This document shows positions 61,700 to 64,000 of a DNA stretch of 64,000 nucleotides, piece by piece. Both the position numbers and the translations under genes were made by a program. Where the stretch lies: NCBI RefSeq assembly GCF_054482595.1, contig NZ_CM137008.1; one strand, 5' to 3'. Every line of letters starts with the position of its first letter. The stretch's first letter is position 1. A model generated the notes under the pieces. The model was not told where the DNA came from. It saw nothing but the letters and a program-made list of their open reading frames with translations, and did no database searches.

Positions 61700-62956
61700 C
61701 TAAACGTTATCGTGGGGGGGCTGTTGCTTCGGACGATTGACCATCATCATCGGCTTACCTGCTAATAACAGCCATGCCGGAAGCATGACGATACAGAGCA
61801 GCGGTAGCAATGTGGTATTGGGTACAACGACTGCCGCCATAAAAAGGCTTAACCAGCCATCGCGTGTTACCACCAGCACGATGCCGAGAATAGCGCAGGA
61901 AACGGTTATTGCCGCTGGAACGGCGGGGACGTGCTCATGCAGCATCAACCCTAATGCCACGCCGACGAACACTGCCGGGAAAATTCGTCCACCGCGAAAG
62001 CCACTGGCGGCAGCAACGACCAGGGCGGTCAGTTTAATCACCGCCAGCAAAAAGTAATCGCTGGTGCTGAAAGCCTGATTTGCCACCATCTGCTGCATCT
62101 CATCCAGCCCTTTAAACAGCGAAACTGGTCCACCAATAACCCCCAGAATACCGAGAATAAATCCGCCAATACCCAGCACGAGCACCGGATTTTTCATTTG
62201 ATGCATCATCGCGTGCAACCGTGGTAAGCACCATACGGCGACCATCCCTGCTGCGATGGCAATCGCCGCGACAATTGCACCGCTGAGAATATCGGTCATT
62301 TCCATCTGTCCGTAATGCGCAATGGGCAGTGAAAAATGGGGATGGAAAAATAATCCGGTAGTAAGTGCACCAGCTGCTGCCGCCATTAACGGCGCAAAAA
62401 GACGATCCCATAGCGGAACTTCACTACTGCCATTTAAGGTTTGCGAAAATATCAACGCCGCCGCAGCAGGTGTACCAAACAGCGCGCCGATGGTTCCGGC
62501 AGAGGCTAAAATAGTCCACTCCATTCGGTTGACGCGCGGTAACAGACGAGCGCCAATGGCAACCGCAAGGGCGATATTGACGGTCATGATCGGATGTTCC
62601 GGCCCCAGGCTGACGCCGCCAGCAAGACCGAGAATTAATGCTACGATAAGTCCTGGTAGCGCAGAGGGCGGAACCGGTGCGCCGATCAGCGGTTCACAGG
62701 CGGGGTCTGGTCCGGCATGACCCTGGCTGAAACGGATAACCAACCCCACCGCAATACCCGTTAGCGTTAATACACCGATGATCCAGAGGGGTGAATCCTG
62801 GGCTATCCCCAGAGTTCCCGGCAGTCGTTGCCAGAGCAAATTCTGTAATACCGAGGCGATTTTCATCACCACAATCAGAATAAGACTGGACGCAATCCCA
62901 ATTGCCACGGCGGGGAGCGATAATAACAACATGGTTCTGGCTCGCGGATGGAGCAT
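61700..62956 (-). CDS. yfeO: Putative ion-channel/transport membrane protein YfeO (ClC-like)
   Basis: 418 aa, polytopic hydrophobic; GxxxP-type motifs. Confidence 0.85.
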   Translation of the reverse strand: MLHPRARTMLLLSLPAVAIGIASSLILIVVMKIASVLQNLLWQRLPGTLGIAQDSPLWIIGVLTLTGIAVGLVIRFSQGHAGPDPACEPLIGAPVPPSALPGLIVALILGLAGGVSLGPEHPIMTVNIALAVAIGARLLPRVNRMEWTILASAGTIGALFGTPAAAALIFSQTLNGSSEVPLWDRLFAPLMAAAAGALTTGLFFHPHFSLPIAHYGQMEMTDILSGAIVAAIAIAAGMVAVWCLPRLHAMMHQMKNPVLVLGIGGFILGILGVIGGPVSLFKGLDEMQQMVANQAFSTSDYFLLAVIKLTALVVAAASGFRGGRIFPAVFVGVALGLMLHEHVPAVPAAITVSCAILGIVLVVTRDGWLSLFMAAVVVPNTTLLPLLCIVMLPAWLLLAGKPMMMVNRPKQQPPHDNV

Positions 62957-63159
62957 GTTCTATTCCTTATGCGGGGTCAGATACTTAGTTTGCCCAGCTT
63001 GCAAAAAGGCATCGCTGCAATTGGTGCTGAAACGATAAAGTAATTGTGTGACCCAGATCGATATTTACAGGGAGCCTGCCTTTCCGGCGTTGTTGTTATG
63101 CCCCCAGGTATTTACAGTGTGAGAAAGAATTATTTTGACTTTAGCGGAGCAGTTGAAGA

Positions 63160-64000
63160 ATGACAAAGTATGCATTAGTCGGTGATGTGGGCGGCACCAA
63201 CGCACGTCTTGCTCTGTGTGATATTGCCAGTGGTGAAATCTCGCAGGCTAAGACCTATTCAGGGCTTGATTACCCCAGCCTCGAAGCGGTCATTCGCGTT
63301 TATCTTGAAGAACATAAGGTCGAGGTGAAAGACGGCTGTATTGCCATCGCTTGCCCAATTACCGGTGACTGGGTGGCAATGACCAACCATACCTGGGCGT
63401 TCTCAATTGCCGAAATGAAAAAGAATCTCGGTTTTAGCCATCTGGAAATTATTAACGATTTTACCGCTGTATCGATGGCGATCCCGATGCTGAAAAAAGA
63501 GCATCTGATTCAGTTTGGTGGCGCAGAGCCGATAGAAGGTAAGCCTATTGCGGTTTACGGTGCCGGAACGGGGCTTGGGGTTGCGCATCTGGTCCATGTC
63601 GATAAGCGTTGGGTAAGCTTGCCGGGCGAAGGCGGTCACGTTGATTTTGCGCCGAATAGTGAAGAAGAGGCCATTATCCTCGAAATATTGCGTGCGGAAA
63701 TTGGTCATGTTTCGGCGGAACGCGTGCTTTCTGGCCCAGGGCTGGTGAATTTGTATCGCGCAATTGTGAAAGCTGACAACCGCCTGCCAGAAAATCTCAA
63801 GCCAAAAGATATTACCGAACGCGCGCTGGCTGACAGCTGCACCGATTGCCGCCGTGCGTTGTCGCTGTTTTGCGTCATTATGGGCCGTTTTGGCGGCAAT
63901 CTGGCGCTCAATCTCGGGACATTTGGGGGCGTGTTTATTGCGGGCGGTATCGTGCCGCGCTTCCTTGAGTTCTTCAAAGCCTCTGGTTTCCGTGCCGCAT
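63160..64000 (+). CDS. glk: Glucokinase, 5' portion (gene continues past the window end)
   Basis: ATG at 63160; [52 protein letters not shown]...; ROK-like ATP-binding N-terminus; not in the ORF track because it runs off the edge. Confidence 0.9.
   Translation, partial: MTKYALVGDVGGTNARLALCDIASGEISQAKTYSGLDYPSLEAVIRVYLEEHKVEVKDGCIAIACPITGDWVAMTNHTWAFSIAEMKKNLGFSHLEIINDFTAVSMAIPMLKKEHLIQFGGAEPIEGKPIAVYGAGTGLGVAHLVHVDKRWVSLPGEGGHVDFAPNSEEEAIILEILRAEIGHVSAERVLSGPGLVNLYRAIVKADNRLPENLKPKDITERALADSCTDCRRALSLFCVIMGRFGGNLALNLGTFGGVFIAGGIVPRFLEFFKASGFRAA

Overview
This window reads as a contiguous stretch of core Escherichia coli chromosome, in reverse orientation relative to the K-12 map as I recall it (roughly narQ to glk). 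I found no convincing evidence of a novel, undescribed system; almost every ORF matches a well-known gene, and gene identities are from recognising the translated proteins, not from a database search. Gene order: narQ (5' end only), aegA, nudK, ypfG, tktB-talA, maeB, the complete 17-gene ethanolamine-utilisation microcompartment operon eutSPQTDMNEJGHABCLKR, hemF-amiA, ypeA-yfeZ-yfeY-yfeX, yfeW, murPQ/murR, ucpA, cysPUWAM, yfeK, pdxK, crr-ptsI-ptsH, cysK-cysZ, zipA, ligA, ypeB, yfeH/yfeR, a valU-valX-valY-lysV tRNA operon, gltX, yfeD-yfeC, two tRNA-Ala genes, pdeA(yfeA), nupC, mntH, ypeC, yfeO and the start of glk. There is no CRISPR array, IS element or prophage. The most interesting points are strain-level differences from K-12: eutA and eutB are directly adjacent (no CPZ-55 prophage), nupC and yfeA are separated by only a terminator (no IS186), and cysM and yfeK are 2 bp apart (no yfeS). 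The best lead is the lysV-yfeR junction, where the xapABR-yfeN block is absent and instead there is a FlxA-like small ORF next to a perfect 61-bp direct repeat that duplicates the 3' end of tRNA-Lys plus its terminator, which looks like an integration or excision scar. Other, lower-value observations are REP/BIME elements (one carrying a 3x14-bp tandem array, one inside the eut operon), hairpins inside the eut operon, and a run of poorly characterised envelope-associated y-genes.
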